This document shows positions 10,041 to 18,706 of a stretch of DNA of 52,410 bases, one piece after another. Source of the DNA: Candidatus Dojkabacteria bacterium. GTDB taxonomy: Bacteria; Patescibacteriota; Dojkabacteria; SC72; JAHDCA01. The stretch's first letter is position 1. Every line of letters begins with the position of its first letter. The stretch is from NCBI GenBank assembly GCA_027036675.1, contig JALWDW010000008.1, positions 1 to 52,410 of the forward strand. Direction: 5' to 3'. Below the pieces are notes generated by a model. The model was not told the origin of the DNA. It saw only the letters and a program-made list of their open reading frames with translations, and ran no database searches. The position numbers were made by a program, and so were the translations under genes.

Positions 10041-10760
10041 CTACAAATTGACTGAGACATCCATCTTTTCAAAAGCGTAAGTTACAAACTTGACTGCGAC
10101 GCATGCGATGAATATCGAGCCAATGAAGTCAATAGTGTAATGCGTACGTCCGGCTACCGACAGGAATATCAAATTTAGACTGAGGAGGATAGTCAACGCC
10201 ATCGACCACCATTTACGATGTGTGACTTGTATCAGGAGTAAACCCAATCCCATGACGACGGCCAGGTGTCCCGATGGGAATTCACCATGTATTGATGCGA
10301 AACTGTCCCATACATATTTCTGAAACAAACGGAGAAAAGTATCCAAAGAACCTTGTACAGTGTGTGGGGCAACAGTATGTGATGCTGCGGCGCGCCAATT
10401 TGCTTCTGTCAAGGGAAGCCCGAGAGGAGTAAGCGGTATCATCAAGGCTCTGAGTATGTAGATGACGCTTAATATCCATATTCCTTGGGCCACTGTCACG
10501 ACGCGCGTATCGGCTTTGAGTATCAATCCGGTTAACAGGAATATGGTGACAAGGTCGACGATATTGAAAAGCTTGAGGGCCCATGGGTTGAACGGCGTGA
10601 CAGAATGAAGTAAATCCGCCGATACGGCGAGTGGACCGAAATGGTTCTCTATGAAGTGCGATGCCGCAAGGTTGGCTCGACCACTCAAGAGTAATGCGAA
10701 TATCCCGAGGATCAGCAGTACATAATTTCTTGATGACGTGTTTTTTGCAATAAGTTGCAT
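10041..10760 (-). CDS. PAP2-superfamily (PAP2_C-like) integral membrane protein
   Basis: Polytopic. FPSGHLAVV and GRTHYTIDFIGS resemble PAP2 C2/C3 motifs. Start moved to ATG 10760 because the longer ORF overlaps tRNA-Glu. Confidence 0.5.
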   Translation of the reverse strand: MQLIAKNTSSRNYVLLILGIFALLLSGRANLAASHFIENHFGPLAVSADLLHSVTPFNPWALKLFNIVDLVTIFLLTGLILKADTRVVTVAQGIWILSVIYILRALMIPLTPLGLPLTEANWRAAASHTVAPHTVQGSLDTFLRLFQKYVWDSFASIHGEFPSGHLAVVMGLGLLLIQVTHRKWWSMALTILLSLNLIFLSVAGRTHYTIDFIGSIFIACVAVKFVTYAFEKMDVSVNL

Positions 10761-10808
10761 ATCCGGTTGACTATCTGTGTTTTGAGCAAGGACCGCTCGT
10801 GATGACTT

Positions 10809-10880
10809 TACCGCCACGGGGAATCGAACCCCGATTGCCGGGATGAAAACCCGGTGTCCTGACCGTTAGACGATGGCGGC
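10809..10880 (-). tRNA. tRNA-Glu(UUC)
   Basis: Hand-folded cloverleaf: acceptor GCCGCCA/TGGCGGT, anticodon stem CCGGG/CCCGG with loop TTTTCAT, T arm CGGGG-TTCGATT-CCCCG. 72 nt. Confidence 0.85.
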
Positions 10881-10912
10881 CTGGTACGTCAATACGACAA
10901 GGCGATTCTACA

Positions 10913-11185
10913 TTATTTCTTCCTGTTTGTTAAGAGAGCTTCTTCGCTTTCCAATGAGAGACGTTTGTACCGATTTTTCTTTTTGTCGTGGGTGAATCTG
11001 CGTCGACATTTGCATTGCAATACATCAACTCCCGGTTTGTAATCGTGTACGATAATTTCGGCTCCAGATAAAGGTTTCATACATCCTGGGCATACGCCCT
11101 TGCCGAGCAATACTTCTTGAAACGGCTTCAACACAAATTTCGGTTTACGTATCATTGCATTGTCAATGCACAGTTTAAGCGTCAT
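10913..11185 (-). CDS. small basic Cys4 zinc-ribbon-like protein
   Basis: CPGC...CKC pattern and Lys/Arg-rich tail. Lies between two tRNAs. Start moved to ATG 11185 to clear tRNA-Leu. Confidence 0.35.
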   Translation of the reverse strand: MTLKLCIDNAMIRKPKFVLKPFQEVLLGKGVCPGCMKPLSGAEIIVHDYKPGVDVLQCKCRRRFTHDKKKNRYKRLSLESEEALLTNRKK

Positions 11186-11197
11186 CACGATGCCATT

Positions 11198-11283
11198 TGC
11201 TGAAGAGAGGACTCGAACCTCCACATCCGAAAACGGATACATGGTCCTAAGCCATGCGCGTCTGCCAGTTCCGCCACTTCAGC
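11198..11283 (-). tRNA. tRNA-Leu(UAG), long variable arm
   Basis: Acceptor GCTGAAG/CTTCAGC, anticodon loop CTTAGGA, long variable arm, T arm GGAGG-TTCGAGT-CCTCT. 86 nt. Confidence 0.85.
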
Positions 11284-11295
11284 AAAAGTACTGGG

Positions 11296-11304
11296 AGTAT
11301 ATCA
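11296..11304 (-). promoter_or_regulatory. extended -10 (TGATATACT) upstream of tRNA-Leu
   Basis: The minus strand reads TGATATACT, ending about 12 nt before the tRNA 5' end. Same TGN-TATAAT style as other promoters in the window. Confidence 0.35.
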
Positions 11305-11331
11305 CAACCCGGACTTCGAACACACGTTCTG

Positions 11332-11869
11332 CATTCTAATTCCGATCGCAACAAGTCGGGGTTGAACCCCGGGCTTAAACCCCGGACTTGACAAAGGAAC
11401 CTTATCACCATGGGAATAATCACCAAGAAAATCTTGCGATTAATATTATTTTAATCGAAATTTAATGGCCAACTTACGTTGTCGTATAGGCGTTTACGAG
11501 TGCCCGTCGCTCTGGAGCGCGCATCCCGGGGACTCCGCGTATTCCTTGCAGACATGGCCTTTATCGATATTTTATAGCGACAGCGGACGATATAGCGTAC
11601 CTGAGTATAGGTGCAGAGCATGTTGACGTGTCATCGGTCGTATATTGAGAAAATGTCACTAAGAAAGCTCTGTCGCGACGCACAGTGTGCCGTGAGAACT
11701 GTAATTACGCGACATTTGTATATATCGTATACGCTCTATTTTGCATATTTGGCCGAGCCGAAATCTTGCCAACTATACCTACTACAACAGCGTTGCCACA
11801 CAATCAGTGGGTTCGAAGACCGGGTCGCAACCCCGACTTTGAATACCCGTTGCAATCGGAAATAGAATG
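11332..11869. repeat. element A: ~538-bp ORF-free structured intergenic element (candidate large ncRNA or MITE-like)
   Basis: 21-nt terminal inverted complement (19/21) plus an inner 11-nt perfect complement. Gap-free homology to 22289-22820. Confidence 0.7.
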
Positions 11870-11919
11870 TAGGAATTTGCGGTTCTGCACAACATTTGCG
11901 CAGGTTAAATCAATTTCAC

Positions 11920-11949
11920 TTGAAGAGGCTTATATTTGCTATTTATAAT
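11920..11949 (+). promoter_or_regulatory. sigma70-like promoter TTGAAG-18-TATAAT
   Basis: TTGAAG at 11920-11925 and TATAAT at 11944-11949, 31 nt before ATG 11981. Confidence 0.35.
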
Positions 11950-11980
11950 CCACTGTTCATCACATGACAATAGCTTGGCA

Positions 11981-12706
11981 ATGAAACGGAACGATTTAAA
12001 CAGGTTTACGGACCTGCACGATATACAAATGCAAATCATCAACGACCTGGCGAGGACAGGTCCGGCCACGTTTGGCGTATTGAGGCCGCATGACGTCGCG
12101 ACCGATCATTTCACATACCACATCAAAACAGTCATAGAAAAAGGGTTGGTAGCGGTGGATCGCCGTAACGGTAAGAAATACTACGTTCTCACGGAGCTTG
12201 GTAAACGGTTTGCGGATTCATTTGAGTTTTCAAAGAAGAAATTACTTGATCAAGGGATGATCATCACGGTATTTTGCGTATCGAAGGAGGTGAAAGGAGA
12301 AACAAAGTACCTGATGTCAAAACGGTTGTACGCGCCTTGGAAGGGGCATCTCGGATTCCCGGCCGGCAAAGTTCATTTTGGTGAAACAACTTTCGAAACG
12401 GCCAGACGGGAGCTTCTGGAGGAAACTGGCCTGGAAGCTCAACTGGAACTGCGGCAGGTCATTCATTATATTGATTTTGATGAGACCGGCCAGCTATTGC
12501 GTGATATCTATAAGTTTGTTTACGAAGGTAAAAACCCGCGCGGTGAGTTTCACCGGGTGGCCGACAATGGGCGTACCGAAAATTACTGGCTTACCAGATC
12601 GGAGATCGAGAGGCATAAGGTATATCCCGGATTTTGGGATGATTTTTTCATGTGGGGTAATGACGACTTCTATATCGAAAAAGTCAGAACGGTCGAGGGG
12701 TATTGA
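11981..12706 (+). CDS. winged-helix DNA-binding domain fused to a Nudix hydrolase
   Basis: N-terminal wHTH-like region (IINDLARTGPATFGVL...KGLVAV). C-terminal Nudix box GFPAGKVHFGETTFETARRELLEETGL. Confidence 0.7.
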   Translation: MKRNDLNRFTDLHDIQMQIINDLARTGPATFGVLRPHDVATDHFTYHIKTVIEKGLVAVDRRNGKKYYVLTELGKRFADSFEFSKKKLLDQGMIITVFCVSKEVKGETKYLMSKRLYAPWKGHLGFPAGKVHFGETTFETARRELLEETGLEAQLELRQVIHYIDFDETGQLLRDIYKFVYEGKNPRGEFHRVADNGRTENYWLTRSEIERHKVYPGFWDDFFMWGNDDFYIEKVRTVEGY

Positions 12707-12780
12707 TATTGCAAGTATTGGTGGACCAGGTGCCACCATACGTTGTATACTTCAAATGGCGCAGTTAGATTACAATACAT

Positions 12781-13470
12781 GTGCATATGAGGCTCGCATC
12801 TGACAAATGGGGACAATTGACGGATAACTTCGACATCACGGGGTCGGTCAAGCATCAAGACTCCGCAGATAATGTGGAAATAGCATGGCCTGTGATCATC
12901 GGTAATCTCCCCGACAGTGGAGAGGTAATCGATTTTGGTTGCGGAACCGGCGGTTTTTGTCATTATCTGCATGAGCTTGGCTTTTCGGTTGCTGGTATAG
13001 ACAATTCGCCGGGTATGCTGGACGTGGCAAGAAAACTTTTTCCGCAAATACGATTTTATCGATCCTGGGATAAGAGTGGATGTGGCGACGGGACCTTGGA
13101 TGCCGTAACCTGCGTGATGTCTCTTCAATTTGTACAAGACGTGGAAGATGTATTATCTCGTATAAGTAAAATATTGAAAAACGGTGGTAGACTTATCGTA
13201 GCTACATTTAACCCTGATTTTATATCGGAAGGCTTGAAGCAAGGGAACTTCTTTTCGCAAGAGAATGAAGGTTTATATTCCTTTGGAGATTTGAAAATAC
13301 CTACATACGGCAGGAGCGAAAAAGAGTATATAAGGATGGCTCGTGAACGTGGTTTGACGCATGTACGCACGTACTATCCGCCTTTCACTCAAGAATTCAT
13401 AGAAAAGTACTCACCGAAGTATCCTACAAACGTGCCGGAATTTATGATCATGGTGTTTGATAAAGCTTGA
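12781..13470 (+). CDS. class I SAM-dependent methyltransferase
   Basis: VIDFGCGTGGF motif I, acidic motif II (AGIDNSPGML), LKNGGRLIV. Confidence 0.75.
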   Translation: MHMRLASDKWGQLTDNFDITGSVKHQDSADNVEIAWPVIIGNLPDSGEVIDFGCGTGGFCHYLHELGFSVAGIDNSPGMLDVARKLFPQIRFYRSWDKSGCGDGTLDAVTCVMSLQFVQDVEDVLSRISKILKNGGRLIVATFNPDFISEGLKQGNFFSQENEGLYSFGDLKIPTYGRSEKEYIRMARERGLTHVRTYYPPFTQEFIEKYSPKYPTNVPEFMIMVFDKA

Positions 13471-13747
13471 GAATTTGAATTGATAGCCCTTGCTCTGGTT
13501 TCATAACCCTTTACAATTTTCGTATTGCATGGAAGCTCTGGTCGGCATTCCGGTCGCCAAAAGCATCCGTTAGACAATAATCGACTATAGGGTGTGCACA
13601 GCCCATACGGTTCCTTGGCATTTAAGGAAATGTTTATTTTCCGGTTTTCCTACCAAAATAATCCCGACGAATGGTTCGTGGCTTCTCTTGTTGAGCGACC
13701 TTCATTGCATGTGGCACGCATCGTTACTCACGGCTGGTTTAGCGTGC

Positions 13748-13776
13748 TTGCAACGCACTCTGAAATCTGTTATTAT
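13748..13776 (+). promoter_or_regulatory. sigma70-like promoter TTGCAA-17-(TG)TATTAT
   Basis: TTGCAA at 13748-13753, 17-nt spacer ending TGT, TATTAT at 13771-13776. About 50 nt upstream of ATG 13827. Confidence 0.45.
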
Positions 13777-13826
13777 CGGACAAAGACTGCTCTGCTCTTT
13801 TAATTAAATTTTAATAATTATCCATC

Positions 13827-16800
13827 ATGGTGATTTCACGTGTGATGCGAGTGCTCCGGAAGAACATTCGCAAGATAGTGTCAGTCATCACTGTATCAGT
13901 GATGTTGATGCAAAGTACGCCCGCCGTATTTGTCAGGGCGGCGACTGAAGACCCTACTGTATTTGGGGTTGGTGATGTTAGATTGGAGCCCGGAGACACG
14001 GTGCCGACGGTGACTGTGCATGCGACTTCAACCATAGATAATCTTGATCAGATATGTTTTGACCTACTGTTCACACCGCAAAACGGTGTGTCCACGATCT
14101 CCGCATCTTATTGTGCGGATATCCCCGGGGATACAAAGGATGCTGATATCGTCGCAAATGATGTTGTTAATTCTTTGTATATGGCCAGGTTCGGTACTTC
14201 CATGCCAACCGTGGTACCGGAGGATGTTTCAGCCAATTCCTCGTCACCAGCAGGTACGTACTCTTTTGAATATTGGGTGACTGATACTGGCAGTCGTACA
14301 AGTTCCCATCAGACGACAAACGTGACCATCGTGGACCCGGCGCCCGTAAGTTACATCACATCCCCTATGGATGGGGCGTACGTACACGGGACTGTGGATA
14401 TCACCGGATGGATTGATGATAATGCGGACGGAGTGATAAATGGTACGAGTAGCTATGGGCCGGAACATTATTGGCTGGTGGTACGAAATTTGAGTGGTAC
14501 CACTGTAGCAGGACCAGGTACGGTCAATGTACCACCTCCGGGGTTCCCTTTGAATGGTAGTAATCATGATGCTGTACTATATACGTGGAGTACCGCTACA
14601 CAACCTGATGGACAATACACTATAATATTTGCATCTAGGGATTCGGAAGATAATAGGAGTCAAGATACTGTAGTCAGCGTAACAGTCGACAATACCCTCC
14701 CTCAAACGAGCTTCACCTCTCCCGCAGACAATGACTTGTCGAATATGCCGTTTCAACTGGTCGGGAACTCGACCGACAATTTCGGTGTACAGACTGTAAC
14801 ATTGGAATACAGTGTGTCCGGGGCAGACGACTGGCACAGTATCGCCACATTGAATGCAAACGGGGATGCTGACTATGATTGGACATATACATGGACTCCT
14901 CCCGCTGACGGGGTTTACGATGTCAAAGCGTATGCCACCGACCTTGCTGGCAATACGGAACACACCGCATACGTTACAGGGTTGACTTACGACACGACTC
15001 CTCCCGCCGTGCCGACGGGACTGCGTCGCATAGCGCCCAACGAAGGGGGTAGGATTTATACATGTGGATCGTACAGCAAGATTCAACGGATGTGGCCGGA
15101 TTGGGACGACAACACGGAAGATGATTTCAATCACTATGAATATACATCCTTCAATGCTCCATATGGTGCGATAGGACTGCATCAGAGGGTATTCACCAAT
15201 TCAATATTTCAGTATAACGGCACTTGGATGCCTCAGGAAGGTACCTACGGATTTGCCGTCCGTGCGGTGGACGACGCCGGCAACGCATCCGCCTGGGCGT
15301 TGGGAGGCACTGAAACATTGGCTGATAGTTGTCAGATTACATACGATGATACCCCTCCGAGTGGAACGATTGATGCCATCAAATATGCAGGTGGGACGAT
15401 TGAACCGACCAAGTTTATGACAAATGCCAGTATGCCCACGATCGTAGGGACAGCGACTGACGACAACGCCGTTGGTTCAGTTTCGCTAAGTGTCAACGGG
15501 CATACATATCCCGCCACCGTTTCGGGCAATTCATGGGAAGCGACAGTAACCGACGTCATTCCTGAAGGTACGAATACGATGACTCTTACCGTATCGGATC
15601 AGGCGGGTAATACTACGACGGTGACAAAGAGTATATTTATCGACACTCATGCACCGACGGCGGTTTATCGACAATGGGACGGTACACAAGAAGTGACGGG
15701 GACCGTGCCGTATGTCAACGATTTAGCCAGATTATCGTTTACTGCTGAATATACAGATACAAGACCTTCATCTGGCTTGTATTGGGACTCTTATGTAATA
15801 TTTGAAGCGCAGGACGACGGCTCATTTAATTTTAGTCAAAATGGGAAACGAGCGTTCTGCGGTTGGCGAAGGGCACCGAACCTGGTCACATTGTCAGGTT
15901 CCAGCGTATACTCCTTGACAACGCCACAGCCGTTTAACAATTGTGTGGCGACTTTACCTGATGGAGAGTATTATATGACTCACCAGGTCTACGACACCGC
16001 GACCAGACAGGACATTCCATCTATCAACCAATTTAGAGATGTTTTAGGGTTGCATTTCTTTATGGACGCCACTCCTCCGACAATTGACGAGATCCCAGAT
16101 CAATCTTTCACCGAAGGACAATCAGTGAACCTGGGGCTTCTCGACGGTCTCGGAGTCTATGACAATATGGGGCTTGCCGATATCAATATCCATGTATCGT
16201 ACACGGATCCCGTGGGTATGACTCATACTCGTGATTACTCCCGTGATATACACACTATTGGTACGGGTGGCACGTTGAATGACCTTTACCCACTGATAGT
16301 CAACACTATATTGGGGCCGTTTGGTGTTACAGTCACAACCCCAGTCAACTTTGCCGATCACAATGCTATTGTGGACACATCCATCGTACCTGAAGGAAGT
16401 TATACCTTCACATACTATGTGACCGACCAAGCCGGAAACAGAAGCTCTACTCATGAAGTCAATATCACGGTTACCAACGAACCGCCCGTTGTAGTGCTGG
16501 ATGGTGATACTACGATAGACGAAGGAGACACCGCCACGTTCACGGGTTCGTTTACAGATCCAAGTAGCAACTTCAATACTGCATTTGGTGGGTTACTCGA
16601 CGATCATATGATGGATGACTCCCCATGGACTGCTTCCGTAGATTATGGTGATGGTGCAGGATGGGAAATTCTCGGTACTCATATGGTGCCGGAGACGGTT
16701 GAATCGATGTCTCATACATATGACAATGCAGGTACTTACACAGTATCGTTAAGGGTGTGCGAGTTTGATGACACAGTCATGTCTACGTGGCCGTTGCGGG

Positions 16801-17330
16801 TAGCTACCGCTGTCACTGGAGATGGTGAATGTACTACGGTGAGCAGGCAGTTGACGGTAAATGATGTCGTGCCTACAGTGTCGATCACAGCTGACCCCAG
16901 ATTGACCGTGGATGAAGGTACTGCGGTAACCTTGACTGCTGTCGGATCCGGAGGCAACGCCCCTTTGACTTACGCGTGGTCCGGAGATTGCAGTGGAAAT
17001 ACCACATCCGTGACTATGCCGACAGTTGCCGGTACATACACATGCGATGTGACTGTGACTGACGCTGATGGTGATACGGCTACCGATTCCGCCACCGTCA
17101 CTGTCAATGCCTCATCCGATACGGGTGATGTATTGGGCGCCACTCATGATCCCGATGGTACGACGGGTGACAACGGTTCTGCAGATACCGCATCTCAATC
17201 GGACAATCAGGGGGAAGTGTTGGGTACGACCGGGCGTGACTTGCGACCGGTGGTCTTGTTGGCTGTCTTGGCGCTCGTCCTGAGTGCGGGATACGTAGTA
17301 CGACGCAAGAGGCTTAGCGCGGAAAAATAG
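13827..17330 (+). CDS. 1167-aa cell-surface protein with tandem Ig-like/PKD-like domains and C-terminal membrane anchor
   Basis: N-terminal signal/anchor. Repeated D-x-T-x-P domain linkers (VDNTLPQ, YDTTPPAV, YDDTPPSG, IDTHAPTA, MDATPPTI). PKD-like TVDEGTAVTLTAVGSGGNAPLTYAWSGDC...TYTCDVTVTDADGD. C-terminal hydrophobic helix followed by RRKR. Confidence 0.8.
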   Translation: MVISRVMRVLRKNIRKIVSVITVSVMLMQSTPAVFVRAATEDPTVFGVGDVRLEPGDTVPTVTVHATSTIDNLDQICFDLLFTPQNGVSTISASYCADIPGDTKDADIVANDVVNSLYMARFGTSMPTVVPEDVSANSSSPAGTYSFEYWVTDTGSRTSSHQTTNVTIVDPAPVSYITSPMDGAYVHGTVDITGWIDDNADGVINGTSSYGPEHYWLVVRNLSGTTVAGPGTVNVPPPGFPLNGSNHDAVLYTWSTATQPDGQYTIIFASRDSEDNRSQDTVVSVTVDNTLPQTSFTSPADNDLSNMPFQLVGNSTDNFGVQTVTLEYSVSGADDWHSIATLNANGDADYDWTYTWTPPADGVYDVKAYATDLAGNTEHTAYVTGLTYDTTPPAVPTGLRRIAPNEGGRIYTCGSYSKIQRMWPDWDDNTEDDFNHYEYTSFNAPYGAIGLHQRVFTNSIFQYNGTWMPQEGTYGFAVRAVDDAGNASAWALGGTETLADSCQITYDDTPPSGTIDAIKYAGGTIEPTKFMTNASMPTIVGTATDDNAVGSVSLSVNGHTYPATVSGNSWEATVTDVIPEGTNTMTLTVSDQAGNTTTVTKSIFIDTHAPTAVYRQWDGTQEVTGTVPYVNDLARLSFTAEYTDTRPSSGLYWDSYVIFEAQDDGSFNFSQNGKRAFCGWRRAPNLVTLSGSSVYSLTTPQPFNNCVATLPDGEYYMTHQVYDTATRQDIPSINQFRDVLGLHFFMDATPPTIDEIPDQSFTEGQSVNLGLLDGLGVYDNMGLADINIHVSYTDPVGMTHTRDYSRDIHTIGTGGTLNDLYPLIVNTILGPFGVTVTTPVNFADHNAIVDTSIVPEGSYTFTYYVTDQAGNRSSTHEVNITVTNEPPVVVLDGDTTIDEGDTATFTGSFTDPSSNFNTAFGGLLDDHMMDDSPWTASVDYGDGAGWEILGTHMVPETVESMSHTYDNAGTYTVSLRVCEFDDTVMSTWPLRVATAVTGDGECTTVSRQLTVNDVVPTVSITADPRLTVDEGTAVTLTAVGSGGNAPLTYAWSGDCSGNTTSVTMPTVAGTYTCDVTVTDADGDTATDSATVTVNASSDTGDVLGATHDPDGTTGDNGSADTASQSDNQGEVLGTTGRDLRPVVLLAVLALVLSAGYVVRRKRLSAEK

Positions 17331-17387
17331 GCACCAGCTTAGCCCTTGGTATAAATGACATGGGGCCGGTAAGCTCTTGTAAATACA

Positions 17388-17417
17388 CGGGTGGGTAGTC
17401 CTGAAGACTCCCGCCCG
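17388..17417. terminator. bidirectional stem-loop between convergent genes
   Basis: CGGGTGGG-t-AGTC-ctgaa-GACT-CCCGCCCG followed by GTTGTTT. Lies between the 3' ends at 17330 (+) and 17444 (-). Confidence 0.5.
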
Positions 17418-17443
17418 AGTGTTGTTTGATGGACTTTACTATA

Positions 17444-18544
17444 TTATCTGGCCTCTTCCAAACGGTTTACCTGTGCGAGTTGTTCCACATCCTCGGATTT
17501 TGCTTTGTTCAATGTATAGTAAGTGCCTCTACCGGTCCCGTGAGCCTCGATATACCCTTCTTTCATGAGTTGTTTGAGGTCGCGAAACGCGGTCATAAAC
17601 GAAACTTTTGTCATTTTCGCATACTCTTGTCGGGTAATTTTGCCGAAACTTTCCAGGTAATCAAGTATCTGCAATTGCCGCGTATTGAATATGACGTGTA
17701 ATTTGCCTTGCTTGTGAACTTTCTTCATGAAAAGCGCCTTGTATGTGCTTGTCACAGTCAGCAGTTCAAGCGTGAAGGCGTACAAAAAGGCTTCTATAAA
17801 CATGGTGATATCGTTGTTGCGTTTGGCTATTTTAAACGCGTGTTTGAGATCGCTGTCTATGTGATTGAAGATGCGGACAACGGAGATCATATTGTGTGGA
17901 CTGTAATTCCACTCCTTAAGCTGTATCGTCATGAAAAGGGCCGATGTGATTTGATTGAGAGATTGGAGTGGCGCCTTGTCGATAAACTCGTACAACAGCA
18001 AAGCCAAGCGTATCAGGCGATGCTCCGGTGTCTTCGGGCGATTGAGGTAGGTGATCAGTGTTGAAAAATATGAATGCAGGTCATAATGATGCTGTGTGTC
18101 GCGCAATACGTACCAATTGTCAAACGCTTCGTTTGGCAACGCATCCGGTGAACGTAATTTCCCTATATCCCAGTCTTCCAGGAGCCCTCGCGCGAGCAAC
18201 TTGTTTAGGTGCAATAGGAGGTCCACCGATATCGGCATGGAAGTCGTACTGTCGTATTCTCGGATATAATCCAAGGCGTTGCGGTAATTGTTGTAGATAC
18301 GGTGCTCTTTTTTGGCCGTGGATATTAGGCGTCCTTTCTTGATGAGCTTTGCGCGATAAAGTCCGATATTTTCCCCGAGGAGCTCTGAGAGTTGCTCGAT
18401 CTCCTCTATATGCAGTTGTTCCAGGAGGTCGGCGACGTATTTTTGCGGTAGGGGCATGATCTTGATGCGGGCAATGCCGAGTTCTGCCTTGACGATATAG
18501 TCAACCATCAAATGTGTCAATGTGTAATTGGGTGATGTGTACAT
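17444..18544 (-). CDS. Fic/DOC-like protein with degenerate active-site motif and C-terminal wHTH
   Basis: Fic-like helical core. YEFIDKAPLQSLNQITSAL occupies the position of HPFxDGNGRxxR. C-terminal ITRQEYAKMTKVSFMTAFRDLKQLMKEGYIEAHGTGRGTYYTL. Confidence 0.5.
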   Translation of the reverse strand: MYTSPNYTLTHLMVDYIVKAELGIARIKIMPLPQKYVADLLEQLHIEEIEQLSELLGENIGLYRAKLIKKGRLISTAKKEHRIYNNYRNALDYIREYDSTTSMPISVDLLLHLNKLLARGLLEDWDIGKLRSPDALPNEAFDNWYVLRDTQHHYDLHSYFSTLITYLNRPKTPEHRLIRLALLLYEFIDKAPLQSLNQITSALFMTIQLKEWNYSPHNMISVVRIFNHIDSDLKHAFKIAKRNNDITMFIEAFLYAFTLELLTVTSTYKALFMKKVHKQGKLHVIFNTRQLQILDYLESFGKITRQEYAKMTKVSFMTAFRDLKQLMKEGYIEAHGTGRGTYYTLNKAKSEDVEQLAQVNRLEEAR

Positions 18545-18633
18545 ATTTGTTGATTTCCGACGATGTCCAAATCACTCCATAACCGACCTGTGTCGCCGAG
18601 CATGGAGTGTATGTGACGTAAAACAAAAACTTT

Positions 18634-18706
18634 AGCTGGAAATGAGACTCGAACTCATGACCTACTCTTTACGAAAGAGTTGCTCTACCAACTGAGCTAT
18701 TCCAGC
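18634..18706 (-). tRNA. tRNA-Thr(CGU)
   Basis: GCTGGAATAGCTCAGTTGGTAGAGCA..., anticodon loop TTCGTAA, T arm ATGAG-TTCGAGT-CTCAT. 73 nt. Confidence 0.85.

Noticed and set aside
10761-10817. N-terminal extensions of track ORFs that overlap tRNA genes (also 11186-11242 and 40893-40961)
   Set aside because: Each extension runs through a well-folded tRNA. Internal ATG codons give sensible N-termini (signal or TM, or MKNAILVHG).
11352-11390. RNase P P4-like word on the minus strand (AAGTCCGGGG vs GGAAAGUCCGGGC)
   Set aside because: The GAGGAA context is missing. The word is changed to AAGTCTGGGG in copy B. The element is multi-copy, whereas RNase P RNA is single-copy, and the other universal RNase P motifs were not seen.
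11410-11454. Conserved 14-codon mini-ORF in elements A and B (MGIITKKILRLILF / MGITGKKILRLILF)
   Set aside because: It has no Shine-Dalgarno or promoter context, and the differences are non-synonymous. The equivalent position in element C reads ATGAAGGGTAG (3 codons). It is more likely a by-product of a conserved AT-rich hairpin (CGATTAA-TATTATT-TTAATCG).
11611-11948. ORFs of 84 and 87 aa inside element A (and 76/100-aa ORFs at 22394-22696 in element B)
   Set aside because: The ORFs in A and B fall in non-equivalent frames or strands under the gap-free alignment, so none is conserved between the copies.
13592-13807. Two overlapping ~70-aa ORFs upstream of the giant surface-protein gene
   Set aside because: They overlap each other in different frames and run through the predicted promoter (13748-13776). 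No coding features.
14577-15182. Long antisense ORFs inside the giant gene and other genes (e.g. 14577-15182, 21468-22100, 43979-44518, 12670-13137)
   Set aside because: All are embedded antisense or out of frame within genes that have clear family motifs. Their compositions are typical of shadow frames.
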